64,000 nucleotides of DNA from Penicillus capitatus (GCA_965649825.1 OZ287704.1:112101-176100), one strand, 5' to 3'. Numbered from the stretch's first letter, positions 13,756 through 26,212 are shown. Notes: a model not told the origin generated them from the sequence alone. Program-made: numbers and translations.

Positions 13756-14070
13756 ATGGCAGCTCAAAGATACCTCTGCATTGCAAGCTGTGTCATCGTG
13801 ACAGCTTTAAAGGTGTTCAGTGAGACAGCTTACGATTTGAAGGAAGGTTTAGAGTCGCGGAGTCGTACAAAACAGGAAGCCGGATACCACACAGATTCCG
13901 GCATTTACAGAAGATGTCTGCGGTACATCGCCGTTAACAAAGAACCGGAAATCTACCGTTGTCTCAAAGACGTCAGCAGTCAGTGTACCTTCTGGAATGT
14001 GCATGAAGAGAGTCAAGATGGAAGATCCATTACCTCTCCTCCTAGAAATCCATTTTGTAAGGACGCATAG
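13756..14070 (+). CDS. Small hypothetical protein with hydrophobic N-terminus
   Basis: ATG-initiated 104-aa ORF (MAAQRYLCIASCVIVTALKV...). No motif recognised. Confidence 0.25.
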   Translation: MAAQRYLCIASCVIVTALKVFSETAYDLKEGLESRSRTKQEAGYHTDSGIYRRCLRYIAVNKEPEIYRCLKDVSSQCTFWNVHEESQDGRSITSPPRNPFCKDA

Positions 14071-14465
14071 AAGTTTAGACGAAGTGAATGGCTGCGGGAT
14101 GCCTGTCAACGACGTTTCTCGCGCTTCTCGTTACTGGCACCAACTTGCTGGCCGAGGAAGTGAAAGATTCGCAGTGCATGCATGTTTCTCGGCGATGTTG
14201 CCGACGAGAGACTTTCGCATTTATTCGACCAGTCTGCGTTCTGCGTCGCCTCTGCTGCCGAGTGAGCAACGCGTGGTAGCCAAAAGCACATCGAACACGG
14301 GGCGAATCCTTCGCGAAATACGAACAGAGCTTTTCTGTCGATGCTACAAAGGGACTGAGTGTTCGCCGCGCGGTTTCGCGCAACATCGGACAGCGTCCAA
14401 ACGGAAACGAAAGCAGTTTCTTACACTTCTCTTTTTGGATGCAAAAAACGAAAGGGGAAGTCGAC

Positions 14466-14673
14466 AAAAGTTTTTGTCCGGGTGGTGACCCTATCGTCGG
14501 CCCCCGAACTTGGCGCGACGTTGTCCTTTCCCCGCCGTAACCCATCCAACTCGGCGCGGGCTCGCCAGACTCAACCGGGTCAACTCTGATGGGACACCCT
14601 CCTCTGAGTCCGGCGCAGGAATCGAACCCCCGCGGTCGTACTTCTCGAACTGGTCCAACTGCACCATCCGCAT
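14466..14673 (-). ncRNA. Candidate tRNA-headed Pol III transcript or SINE-like element
   Basis: Minus strand has the A box TGGTGCAGTTGG (14666-14655) and B box GGTTCGATTCC (14628-14618), then a G-rich body and a T4 run at 14469-14466. No proper cloverleaf forms. Confidence 0.35.
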
Positions 14674-14727
14674 TCGGGTCGATCCCCACAGTCGAGAAGA
14701 CGCCGACCCCATCGTATGCCCATCGGT

Positions 14728-14869
14728 GACGACTCTCCAGAGGCATTCTTGACGACTTTGTCCGCCGATCGCGTGCATCTACGACGACTTCGCGGACGAC
14801 TTTCTGACGACTTTGTCCGCCGACGACTGTGAGCGTATAACGACTTTGCCAACCACTCTCTGGACGACC
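14728..14869. repeat. Cluster of about 8 (G)ACGACT(TT) motifs, including a 19-nt direct repeat TGACGACTTTGTCCGCCGA
   Basis: Seen directly; the 19-mer occurs at 14750-14768 and 14805-14823. Confidence 0.7.
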
Positions 14870-16286
14870 CGGCAGTAGTCACAAGCCTCGCATGGCGATC
14901 GCAGATACTTATTCTTAGTCGATTATCGGCGGCACCTGTCGTGTGGTATCCAACGCTAGGTTCAAGTAAGAAGTGAAACCAATGTCTGAATTCAGAAAGC
15001 GTCAAAATGAGAGTCAGACTGCGAGTCGCGACGGCGTTTGAGAATCTCTCCGTACACTTGACCATTCGATTCGCATGCAGTCACCCCGGAGAGAGTTTTT
15101 GCAAAATTTGGTATTCTTTAAGGGTTCTCAAGGAGAGCACATTATACTTTTGTTCGCAGTTACCCATACACACTCCTATAATCCGAAACGTGCCCGTGGC
15201 GAACAAATCGTCTCTTAGGAGCAACTAAACCCTCAGCGCAGAGCACAATGACACAACGTCGCGAGCTTTTTGCCTTCAGGACTGTTCACATTTGCGTTTC
15301 ATACAGAAAACAACTATCTTCCTCTTATCTCTCGCTCTGCGTGGGCGTACACCCGTCATCGAATGGTGGTTGTTCCTGCTCCTGGATACCCTGCTGTTGG
15401 CGTCCATACTCTACCACTAGTGGCGAACTGCGTTTTTCTCTATCCGGTACCAATGAAGTTTGTTCTAAACATTTCACTGCTCTTTTCGTTCTTTGACTGA
15501 TTAGAGAACTCTATTCCTTACAGTACAGTCCATGGTATCCTCGCCTGCCACACTATGCGTTCTTCTAAGCAACTTTTTTCGATGATTGCCTTCGCTGACG
15601 CATCCAAAAAGCAACGCGGTCGTTCTGCGCGAGATAGGCAACGGACATCAGACACCTGCCAAAAGAAAAGACATCGTGAAGTGCTGCAGTGGCACGCAAC
15701 GTTATCCCAAAGGCTACGGTCGTCACTAAGTCTAGTCTTCGAGCTTTCGCGTAACGACACCACATAGCCGCCGCCTAACAACTTGTCTGCGTCAGCGGTT
15801 CAGTCGAACGCATATCGCAGAAATAAGCAATATGAACAGAGATGTAAACGTCTCATAATAAGTATAGAAGAAATACGAGCGAGATATGTTCGCGGTACGA
15901 TCCATCTTTCGTTGAATCTCTTCTGACTCAAAGCTGCACGTCGACGACTGTCTGTATCGTCTTCCTGAAGCATGACGAGAGTTTCTCACATTCGATTGCG
16001 TGCATCGTAGAAGCTGTTCGAAGCCCATGCACGTCCCATCACAACAATGCAGTAACCAGTTCTTCCACTACTCTGAGTTATCTGGGCATCGAAACCGGTT
16101 CCCTCTTAAAGGAACCATGTTCTACGCTAGGGGATGTGCTGCGAACTCGGCACCAATACTTTACTGCGCGAGAAGAATCGCGCCGACTTCCTTCCGCTTT
16201 CCCCGTCTTCGTCACACGAGACATCCATCTCGTACTCAATAACACTATAAATGTGTCCTGCGTTCGATCTGCGAAAAGTCTAAAAA

Positions 16287-19200
16287 ATGCGAAACAGCTC
16301 TCTCCGTCTTCGCTTTTTCCTCTTCTCCTTTACATGTGTCGTGTGCGTCGCGCTTAATGAAGGTGACGTGCTGCTATCGTCACGGAATCTGCCGTCGCCG
16401 GAGAGAAACCGCGCCAAGGCCCATGGCGAATGGCACCGTTCTCTGCACCAGTTTGCGCCGGATGGGCCCATGGTCGCAACTCGGACGTTCTGGGAGCTCC
16501 GACGAAGCTTCAACTCATTGCTAGAAAACGGTACCATCGTCATTGACGCTGAGGACCCGCTGAAATTGGAAGAAACGTTGATTGTCGACCTTCCGGGCAT
16601 TACTCTCCGCGGGAGATCCGGTCGGCCGACGACTCTCATCTGTCCCTCCGTCTCAAAACCTGCCCTTATCATAAGGTGTCCATCCAGTTATTCATCCCAA
16701 TGGTGTGACATTTGTGTGCAGAGGGGCCAGGACACGGGTGGAGTCCTTGAACTTTGTAAGATGTGAGAATACTTCGGTCATCGTTGTCGAACTGCCGGAG
16801 AGTGTGACGTCCAACTCTTCTGCGGTTTCATTCATGAATGTAGGCTTTTCTGAGAACCGGAATTTCGGAGGGAGAGGCGCCCTTCGGGCTGTCTCCCATA
16901 CTGGTGATCGATTCTGTTCTTCGCATCGGATCAACGTCGAGAACTGTACGTTCTCAAACAACCGAGCGAAGAAAGGAGCAGCGATATACGTCAAGAATGT
17001 CCATCTCAACATTAGGAACTCCAGATTTATCGAGAATCACGCATACCGTTCGGGAGGTGCCATATCATTTGAATCCAAATGCCGAGATCCGAATGCCTTG
17101 ACGATTAAGAACTCCTCGTTTATCGGCAACCTGGCCGTTTCTCGTCTTGCAGTGGCGGAAGGGGACGATCTTACCGAAGATCTGGCTGGACGAGGCGGCG
17201 CCATTGCGGCCATCAATCCTCGAAACACAAGCTTTCAGGATGTCAGATTTGTAAACAACACCAGCTGTGGCGGCGGCGGGGCATTGTATGTCCGCATGAT
17301 AGAGACAGAAGAACAACGAAATCCGACAGCTGACTTCCAAATCGAGAGATCTCTCTTCGAAGGGAACGGAGCTTATTGCATGGCAACTCCCAGAGCAGAG
17401 CTGAGGAACCCTCGTGATCATAATCATTACGCAGGAGGCGCCTTCCTCTATCGCTCGACCGTCTATCTCCAAATGCACTGGATCGTCCGTAACACAAGAT
17501 TCACTCGGAATCGCGCCGTATACGGAGGAGCTATGCAAGTGTCGGGCCAACCTGAGACGCCGCTCAATTTGGTCGATTCTTTATTAGAAGAAAATGGAGC
17601 GCTGCAGAGAGGCGGTGCCATTTGCATCCCTGGGGCTCAACTCAAAATGCGAGGATCAACACTGCGTAGAAACGCTGCACTGGTAGGAGGAGGCATCGCT
17701 GTCTTACTTGGTGGTCGTCTCATCACTTTACCTCACCCTTCGAATCACTCTTTAGTTTCCATCGTCGAAGAGAACTCTGCTTACTATGGCGGAGGCATCG
17801 GCATCTTTGTGACAGGTCTGTTAGATAACACTTCTTATCCCTCTGCATTTCTGTGTCCTGCATCAGATACGATGGATCTGAGATCTTTGACAGTGCGGAA
17901 TAATACGGCGTTCCATTACGGCGGCGGAATCCGCGTCTTTGCCATCTCGACGATGGTCTACTTTCGTGGGATTACTGTGGAGGGCAACAGAGCCATGGCT
18001 GGAGGGGGATTCGCATTCACTTCGTCCCCTATTGCGCATTTTGAATCGGCTGATGGGAAAGCGATGCATGTCGCCAACAACTTGGCGGCTGTCGGTGGTG
18101 GTCTGCTCTTCGAGATCGGGCATTATGTGCCAATCAATATCACAGTAAGCTGCTCTCAACGACGCCGATCGGTCCAAAACCGAAGCTGTAGATTAAGGAA
18201 GCCGTAATCTCGGGCAACACAGTACGCCATTCTCGGCATCCAGACATCGTGGACCTCCGCAGAGCCGGCGAAAGCTATCTCCCATTGCATTCATCTCCGA
18301 TACGTAATACCTACGATTTCATAGATGGCTTCGATACACGATCGGCTTTGACCACCTGGGTTGGATCTTTGGCTGGTCATGGCGGTGGCATCTGTATGTC
18401 ATTTGTCGACATCCTACCTTTTACTCTGGCCCAAGTCAACCTCCAGGACGTAGTGCTACGGGATAACGAGGCAGTGGTGGGCGGAGGTGCTTCGTTCCAC
18501 TACACGGATCTCCTTTGGAACAAAGGAGACATGAAGTACTGTACCTCCAGTGTATTTGGTATCGAATTTTGTCAACGCATGTACTTCAACAAGATCAGTT
18601 TTCGAGGCAACCGGGCAGACTACGCAGGCGGTCTCTTCATCTCGCATCCAGACAGTGTCATTGTCACCTGCAACATGACAGACGTGCAGCTGAATTCCAC
18701 CTTCGAAGCCGTCTACAACAGAAAGATCCATGCACAGGAAATGCTTGATCCGATGCTGGATCTTCAATGCCTCGTCATTGAGGACAACCACATCTCTGTA
18801 TGTCACTCACCTTGTCAAGACGTGTGTTTCGATGAGGATGGTGCGATGCAGGATGGAGAGACTGTTGATGGAGCGGATGTTGGCACTCTGGCAAGGGCAT
18901 TGGCAATCGATGGCCTAGAGGAAGGAACGGATCTGAGACGCGTGGCCAGTGGGGAGAAACTCTCTCTTCCGTGCGACGAGAAGGGAGAGAAAGCGTCATC
19001 CTGCCTCGAAGGATTCACAGTCTCCGTGTTGGATGCTTTCAACCAGACCATTTCCAGAGGCATCGATGACGCGTCTCTGGAGCTATCTCTGGAATCGCCA
19101 AACATCGGAGGTGCCATTCATTATGTGACAAAGCACGGTGTGGCTCGGATCGACGCGACGATGGCTCGAGGAATCGGCGTCGAGTCTTATGTGACCATCC

Positions 19201-21321
19201 TGAACGACCGAGAGCCTTCCATTCGGACGCAAGCGGTTTTCTCCACAAGACAGTGTTATCCTGGAGAGTTCGTAACGGGCGACAGCTGCCACTCGTGTCC
19301 GGCGGATGTCTACAGCTTCAATGCCTCGCTGGGACAGTGCCATCCCTGCGAGGCCCATGCCAGATGCAGGGGACAAGCATCGCTGGTGCCCGAAGTTGGC
19401 TACTGGCACTCGACGCCCTTCTCTCCCAAGTTCCACCGATGCATTGAAAAAGAGGCGTGTCGCTTTGATGACAGGGAAAAGAACCTGGATGCATTCTACC
19501 AGAACGAGGAACAGCTTCAGAAGGATCTGGACAAGATGAATGCCTATCTCGAAGGAAACGATTCTCTGCCAGAATTCCCAAACTACCAACAGTGTGCCGA
19601 AGGGTACGAAGGCGTGCTCTGTGGCTCGTGTCAGCAAGATCACGGACATGGATTCTCAGGAACCTGCGTCTCCTGTCCATCCGAGAGGGGCAATGCAGGG
19701 ATGCTGTTGGCGGCGGCCATCTTCTGGACTTTTGTCGTCATCGGCGTCAACTGTCTGGTCACTCTGATGTCGGCCAGGACAAGGATTCAGCTGGTCCGCC
19801 ACGAAACACACAACCAGGACAACAATCGCACCGGGACGCTGCAGAGAACGACGGTTCACATTCGCGAGAGCGTATCTGTCAGGATACTTCCATCCCGATC
19901 TTGCACACTGAGCCCTGCCACTTCGGAGTTCAGCGATGTCTTCTGTCGCCAGGTCCTGACGCAGTATCTCGTCACCACTGTCCAGCTGACAGAAACACTC
20001 AAGATCCTCATCAACTACCTGCAGGTCACGAGCTCGGCCATGCGACTCTCCGTCGATTGGAGTCGCGTCCTCGACGGTCTCCTCTCTGTCGAAGGTGCGA
20101 CTCTTGAGATTCCCCCTTCCTGATCTAATGCCTCTATGCGCAGCGGCTTTTGTGGGTGTGACCAGCGAGGCGCTGTCCATTCCTTTCGAATGCAACTTTC
20201 AGGGATCGACGACGCACTGGCCACCTTCGATCCTTGCCATATGGATGCGACTTCTCACCCCTTGCTTGGCGCTGACAGGGCTCATTCTCATCTACGTCCT
20301 CTTCTGGATCATTCGTCACTTGACACGCACCACCGAGTTAGAGTCAACGAGCAATCTCCGAGCCAGCGACCTCATCACAGGCGTCATTATCATCATCATC
20401 GTTGCGGTGCACTTCTCATACATCGACAACGTCCGCGAGATGCTGCGAATCGTTAACTGCATCCAAGTGGATGCAGATGATGCATCTCTGACATCGCATC
20501 CGTACGGACAGTACGCCATCGAAGAAGGTCGTACAGTCTGGGCAGAGGACACCGATCTCATCTGTTTTCAAGGAAAGCATCAAGTGACTGGAATCGCCGG
20601 TATCATCGGATTGGTGCTGGCACTGATGCTCATCATCTTCGCTGTTTTCTGGTTGCCAGCAAACAAGAAGAAATCCACCTCGACGCAGTTTGTCGCGCGT
20701 TACTGGTTCATTTATCAGGCATACAAAAACAAATGGTACACGATTCCATGGGAGGCAGTGATTCTGCTTCGCAAGGCACTCATCTCGGCCGTCATTGTCT
20801 TCTCCTTTCAGCTCGGGCCGAGTCTGCAGGCAGCACTGTGTGTAGGGATTCTGATCGCGGCGCACATTCTCCAAGTCGTATGCCAGCCATTCAAGGTCCC
20901 AGAGAATCATGTCCACGTGCCAGAGTACGCAGGTCACTTCCTCAAGGCAATGCACATGCCGAACGTCGCAGCGCGCTTTGTCCGCTGGAACAACTCCCTG
21001 TCTCTGAACGCCCTGGAATTCGCATCTCTCTTATGTTCATTTTTTATCTTCTACACGGCTGTCATCTTGACGGACAACGATGTTTCCGAAATCGTTGTCC
21101 AGTTAATCTCCATCGCCGCCGTGGGCGCCAACATTCTTTTCTTGCTCTACGTGTTATATCGTCTGTACTGGGGGCTTCACATACTCTTGGATCTGAGGTT
21201 GGAAATGGATAATCCAACCTTTGTTGCAACACATGAAAACGATCCTGGGTGTTTCTATCTAATGCGTAAATTGTATCGTGTCTGCCGTGCCGTCGTCCAG
21301 AGACATCTCCATGAGAGATAA
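16287..21321 (+). CDS. Pmp-repeat cell-surface receptor-like protein, paralog 2 (about 1,500-1,600 aa, complete)
   Basis: Signal peptide MRNSSLRLRFFLFSFTCVVCVA. ORFs 16287-16766, 16705-18207, 18249-20123 and 20095-21321 join through GT-AG introns (e.g. 16676-16721). GGA/FxxN repeats; Cys-rich CYPGEF...CHSC...C.PC...YWHS...C...G..C..C stalk; about 8-9 TM helices with YWFIYQAY..W...WEAVILLRK. Confidence 0.9.
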
Positions 21322-21762
21322 AGGACAACCGAAGGGAGATGGGTGGGATGAACAGTAGTATCGTCTTATAAACGAACAGCTGTTGTGACAATGTTTTGAG
21401 AGGTGTCAGCACCTGAAAGGTGCCAATACCATCCTAGCAGAGATCCATCTGCCATACGCATCCGCGCAAAGAAACGTGTTTGGCACGCTTCAGCAGCTTA
21501 GGAGGTCTCTTCGCCTAGAAACAATTCCCAGTTTCAATGGAATGCCATTGCCGTGACGACAGGCACCTCTCCCTTGTTGGATTCAACGAGATCTCGATCC
21601 AGACGACACATCGTCTGTTGAGGTGGCCGGGCATCTGTTGAGGCAGCCTTCGGCAATACCTGCTCGTCTGATGGACATCACGCATCGAGCGATGTGCAAC
21701 AGGACGAGGATGTTTCAGCAAACGGAGGCACAGGGCATTTTACCGTACAATGCGTACAATAA

Positions 21763-21767
21763 TTACA
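21763..21767 (-). terminator. TGTAA polyadenylation signal for the ankyrin-RCC1 gene
   Basis: TTACA on the + strand, about 130 nt downstream of the stop at 21898. UGUAA is the established chlorophyte poly(A) signal. Confidence 0.45.
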
Positions 21768-21897
21768 ACAGCCCATCAGAATACAAACAATCTGCCTCGA
21801 GGCCTACAAAATCATATCCGAAATACGATCCCGTGACATACAAAGGATCGATCAGGCGACGTGGATCCGTGTACAAAAGAATACAATTCGCAATGGG

Positions 21898-24816
21898 TCA
21901 TCTTTCAGTGAGCGATTTCTTATCTCGGCTATCCCGAGCAGTTCCCGGTTTCACTTTAACGGTGGCTCCCTTGTAGAGAGCAGACAGTTCCTGAACAGCT
22001 CTTTCTTCGATTTGGATGCAGTTAATGGACTGCACTTGAACATCTGTATGCATTTGCCAGCGACTCACTGTACGTCTGGTCTCAACAACTGGCTTCGTCC
22101 CCCAAGCAGATCGCATTCCTGGTCGATGATTCAGCTGCTCTTTCTGGATAGATCTAAACGATTGCTGCTGATCATCAAACCGTAGACCACCCCAGGCAGG
22201 CGTGCTCTCCTTGACAGGCTCCGTCTGCGTTTCTGACAGCGTCTCCTCTGACGCGACCATAAAGTCACCCAGTGACATCTTGCGCACCTCTTTGGAAGGC
22301 TGTGCTTTTGTCACGACAGATCCCCTTGTCTTGGGCTCGGACTGCAGTTCCAGTTTCGCCCATCTTTTCTCTTTGTCAGATTTTTCGTCGGGTGAAAGGA
22401 GAGGCGGATTCGGTCCTGATAGCGGAGGCGGGACCAGTGGCTTCTTTTTTGTTCTGGATGGCTCCAGAAAACGCGGCATCGGTCCAACATCTCGACGTCT
22501 GGGAGGAACGGAGAGAACAGGCCAGAGATTCGGCGACGTCGAGGGTTGTTTCGCAGCCGCCGATATCTTGGGATCCTTAACAGTTGGAGGCTTTGATGGT
22601 TTGACAGCAACAATAGGAGGCGGCGTTTCGGTCAGGATCTTCTGCACGTCCTCGTACGCAACTCCGTTTTCCAGAGCATCAAGCGCCCTCTGATACATAC
22701 CCCGTCGAGCGATCTTCGCTCCTTGTCCACTATCCAGTACATCTCCCGCCGCCATCCGTTGCTCAAGGACAGCAATCTGCTTCAGCTTCAGCCGCATATT
22801 GCACAACAGTTTCTCTGAAGATCTTCGGTTCGGTAAGAATCGATTTGCACTGGCTAAGGGCGTCGTTATGTTTTTCTCTGACGGCGGACTATTGGATGAA
22901 TGGATGGCGGGCGTGGATGGATCGGATTTGGTAAAAGAGTAGTGCGTAGGCCGCCGAGTCATGGACGAGATCTTGTCATCGATGCTCCGCTCCCGGTTCC
23001 ACCAACAATCGCTGTTTGCAGAAGCGTGCATCAACAGCATCTTCTCCTGATAAAGCTGCTCGAGTTCCAAGAGCAGTTCGTCCGGTACGTTCACTAAGGA
23101 CGCGTGCGTTTCGTGCAAGACCAGTGCCAAGTTGTGGACGGCCAGATGCAAAGAGCAGGACTTCAAGAAAGACGAACCCGTTGCGTCGGCATAGCACAAG
23201 AACTGCAATACTGTTCGCGGATTGAGATGATGCCGTGCCACTGCTCTCTCACACAACAACTGCAGCGACGGCGTGTCTCCTGCGACACTCTTTGCCTCTT
23301 TCCTGTTCTTCACCAGCGACAGACATTTGAAGGCATTGCTCTCGTCGCCCAGGTCCACCTCGGATGCCACGGAGACATAGGTGGAAGGGTGGGTGAGAGC
23401 AGATTCGGATCCAGTTTCGGATAAGCCAGGAGATAAGGCAACGGATGCCGGTATCCATTTCTGCAATGCGACGATGTGCCGCTCGCCCACAGCCACCGAT
23501 GATGCATTTCGCATTCCTGGAATCAACTCTGGCTTAGGAAGGTCCTCACAGGATGTGACTGTCCAGCTGTAGACGCGTCCATCTTTCGTCACCGCTGATG
23601 TGACTGCCTTTCCAGCTGAGATACACGTGACAGCTTTTCCAGAGAGCTTCCCGCCAACTTCCCGCGCACTTCCATCTGTCGGTTGCGCAGATTTCCAGCA
23701 GAGCACGGCGCCAGTTGTTGTCAGACAGTAAGACTCGAGCACACCGGCAGCGATCATGATCGCGATTGGCTTACGAACTTTGCGCGATCCTCGGTGAAAA
23801 TGAATGAGATCTCCTTTGCGATTGATGCTCTGCTGATCACGACTTCCCTGTAACAGGATCCTCTTTGGCGCGACACACTTGTGTCCCCAAGAGTACACAT
23901 CTCCCTCCTTTGACAATGCCAGAGAATGTCTCTTAGCCAAAGACACCTGTGCGACAAACTTGTGCTTCAAGCCCTCGACGCATCGCGGTTCAGGATTCGA
24001 TGCGGAATCCGATGTGCCGTAACCCAGCTGCCCGTGAACATTGCTGCCCCATGTATAGACCATCCCCACTTGGTTGATGACGGCTGAGTGTTTGTTGGCG
24101 GCGGATGCCTGAATGACGGAGACTCCTTTCAGGGCCTCGATCTTTCTGGGCACCACTTGTTTACTGGTGCCTGTTGCATATCCCAGGCGCCCGTCGCGAG
24201 AAAGACCCCACGAAAAGACCTCGCCCGTTTCAGCCACTGCCAGAGAGTGATGTTTAGCTGCGGACACAGAAACGATACGTCGTTGGCCGAGTCTCCGAAC
24301 AAGCCTCGGGAAAATCTCCGCGCCGTTCTCGCTGTGAAGCTTTCCTTCTGGATGACCCAAACGACCACCCAGACCCCATCCCCAAGTATACACCTGTCCG
24401 TCAGCTGTCACGGCCATACTATGAAATTTACTGGCGGCTACGTCCACCACCGTCGTCTGCGCCAGCGTTTCCAATCGTCTGGGTTGTGTCTGCAATCCCG
24501 TATGTCCTGTACCCAGCTGATAGTTGGCACCACTGCCCCAACTAAAAACATCTGCCCTCGTGTCCGCCATCAATGGAAGCTCTTTCGAAATCAGTTCCAA
24601 CGGCGTTCTATCTTCGAGATCGGTAGCTTCCAAGTGAGCATGTGCCTCCAGTAGTCGCGCGGCCACACGTAGATTTCCATAATACAGTGCCACGTGCAGC
24701 GGCGTCCATCCAGATTCGTCGTCGACCTCATCGACGCAAGAAGGCTGCTCGTTGAGAGCCTTGGCGACGCCCTGGATGTCGTTGCGCCACACTTGGCGAT
24801 GCAAGAGGCCAGACAT
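21898..24816 (-). CDS. Ankyrin + RCC1-repeat protein (IBTK-like / plant ANK-RCC1 family)
   Basis: Uninterrupted 972-aa ORF. N-terminal ankyrin (SGWTPLHVALYYGNL), several RCC1 repeats (VFSWGSGANYQLG, VYTWGWGLGGRLGH, VYTWGSNVHGQLGYG), BACK-like helical segment, coiled-coil LKLKQIAVLEQR. Confidence 0.9.
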   Translation of the reverse strand: MSGLLHRQVWRNDIQGVAKALNEQPSCVDEVDDESGWTPLHVALYYGNLRVAARLLEAHAHLEATDLEDRTPLELISKELPLMADTRADVFSWGSGANYQLGTGHTGLQTQPRRLETLAQTTVVDVAASKFHSMAVTADGQVYTWGWGLGGRLGHPEGKLHSENGAEIFPRLVRRLGQRRIVSVSAAKHHSLAVAETGEVFSWGLSRDGRLGYATGTSKQVVPRKIEALKGVSVIQASAANKHSAVINQVGMVYTWGSNVHGQLGYGTSDSASNPEPRCVEGLKHKFVAQVSLAKRHSLALSKEGDVYSWGHKCVAPKRILLQGSRDQQSINRKGDLIHFHRGSRKVRKPIAIMIAAGVLESYCLTTTGAVLCWKSAQPTDGSAREVGGKLSGKAVTCISAGKAVTSAVTKDGRVYSWTVTSCEDLPKPELIPGMRNASSVAVGERHIVALQKWIPASVALSPGLSETGSESALTHPSTYVSVASEVDLGDESNAFKCLSLVKNRKEAKSVAGDTPSLQLLCERAVARHHLNPRTVLQFLCYADATGSSFLKSCSLHLAVHNLALVLHETHASLVNVPDELLLELEQLYQEKMLLMHASANSDCWWNRERSIDDKISSMTRRPTHYSFTKSDPSTPAIHSSNSPPSEKNITTPLASANRFLPNRRSSEKLLCNMRLKLKQIAVLEQRMAAGDVLDSGQGAKIARRGMYQRALDALENGVAYEDVQKILTETPPPIVAVKPSKPPTVKDPKISAAAKQPSTSPNLWPVLSVPPRRRDVGPMPRFLEPSRTKKKPLVPPPLSGPNPPLLSPDEKSDKEKRWAKLELQSEPKTRGSVVTKAQPSKEVRKMSLGDFMVASEETLSETQTEPVKESTPAWGGLRFDDQQQSFRSIQKEQLNHRPGMRSAWGTKPVVETRRTVSRWQMHTDVQVQSINCIQIEERAVQELSALYKGATVKVKPGTARDSRDKKSLTER

Positions 24817-24866
24817 ATGTGTTACAAATCGAACGATGCCGAATCTGTCCCATCCGATTCTCTCTC

Positions 24867-25860
24867 ATGCTTCGCATCGACTCGGCGCCGCACCGTATCG
24901 TCTGTCGCGACCATCCCAGACGGTCTCGTCTCAGAACCCGAGCCGTATCGTCAAGGCACGTCGATCTGGCCCATCGACTCGCCGATGCCGCCGGCCATAT
25001 CACGCGCAAGGCCTTTCGGTGCTGAAAACCGCAGCTCGGGAGGATGCCGATAGTGACGTGGTCTAAATGTAGAAAACCGATAAGTGTTGTGGATAAGGAT
25101 GATCAAAGTCCTGTCACGCAAATCGATCGACATGTGGAGCAAACGCTGCGCGGAATGATCCGAGAGACATTCCCAGGCCACAGCATCTACGGGGAAGAGT
25201 TTGGCATGGACATGGGTACAGGAGATGAGAAACATGATCTCTGGGTTATCGATCCCATCGATGGGACCCTCAGCTTCATTACAGGTGTGACATCCATGTC
25301 CCTGTCGTATGAGCCATGGCGTTGCTCCGACAGGCAAGCCGCTGTTTGGCACACTCATTGCTCTGCTGCATCGCGGACGGCCAATTCTGGGCGTCATTGA
25401 TCAGTCGGTCCTTCGAGACCGATGGATCGGCGTCGAAGGGCAGCCAACATTGTTCAACGGCCGTCCTGTCCAGACCAGAAAATGCACCTCACTCTCTGCG
25501 GCTTACGTCGCCTCGACCACACCGGACATGTTCAGAGGCGATCGAGCAGCACCGTATGGAGCTCTTCAGTCCGCTGTCAAATCGCATCTTTTTGGTTCCG
25601 ATTGCTATGCCTATGGATTATTGTCGATGGGTATGCTGGACATCGTTTTCGAGGCTGATATGAAAGTCTTTGACTATATGGCAATGGTGCCTATTGTGGA
25701 AGGAGCGGGTGGCGTCTTGACGGACTGGTCTGGGCAAGAGTTGCGTTGGGATGGCGTCGAGAACGACGGCGCGCCGTCCTGGGCGACGAAGACACTGGCG
25801 GTGGGCGACCCCGCACTGCACAATGACGTCATTAAATGCATTGACGTCGCAGACACTTGA
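24867..25860 (+). CDS. Histidinol-phosphate phosphatase / inositol-monophosphatase-like (HISN7/IMPL2 type), copy 1
   Basis: AHRLADAAGHITRKAFR|KPISVVDKDDQSPVT, WVIDPIDGTLSFITG|KPLFGTLIAL, GSDCYAYGLL, DYMAMVPIVEGAGG. Two introns. Arg/Ser-rich N-terminal extension resembling a transit peptide. Confidence 0.88.
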
Positions 25861-26212
25861 AAAAAAACCACGTGTGTCTTCGTTTACCATCTGTCCTGCC
25901 CTTCGCCACAGATGCGATGGCAGAAACGACGCTTCGTGCAAAACGGCATTCTCTCCACTCCGTCGAGTGACAATCACATATCATAAATATGATATCGATG
26001 AGATATCACAGTTTGAGGGAATGTCCATTGGTCGACGCCTGAATATTAAAGGGACTCTTTTTCGTCGGTACATTTAACAGTCGCTCAAAGCCTCTATCCT
26101 CCATCGTTCGCTATCCACTCGCCATTTCCTGAGTGTTCCGTTACGGAGCGTATCTGCTAAGTCGCGAGGCGCGTCATCGTGTTATCGTATTGCTTGTCTC
26201 TGCGGTGTACAT

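Noticed and set aside
14585-14625. Hammerhead ribozyme (CTGATG-GGAC...GTCC)
   Set aside because: The core lacks the conserved A of CUGANGA and no GAAA follows stem II.
14075-14746. 223-aa minus-strand ORF
   Set aside because: It overlaps the GC-rich Pol III-like element, has no recognisable motif, and has atypical composition.
15175-15270. Telomerase RNA (TATA at about 15177 and CTAAACCCT template-like 9-mer at about 15223)
   Set aside because: A T5 run at about 15267 would end a Pol III transcript after roughly 60 nt. More likely a telo-box or chance.
21623-21976. 117-aa plus-strand ORF
   Set aside because: It is antisense to the ankyrin-RCC1 gene's 3' end and UTR and contains that gene's TGTAA signal.
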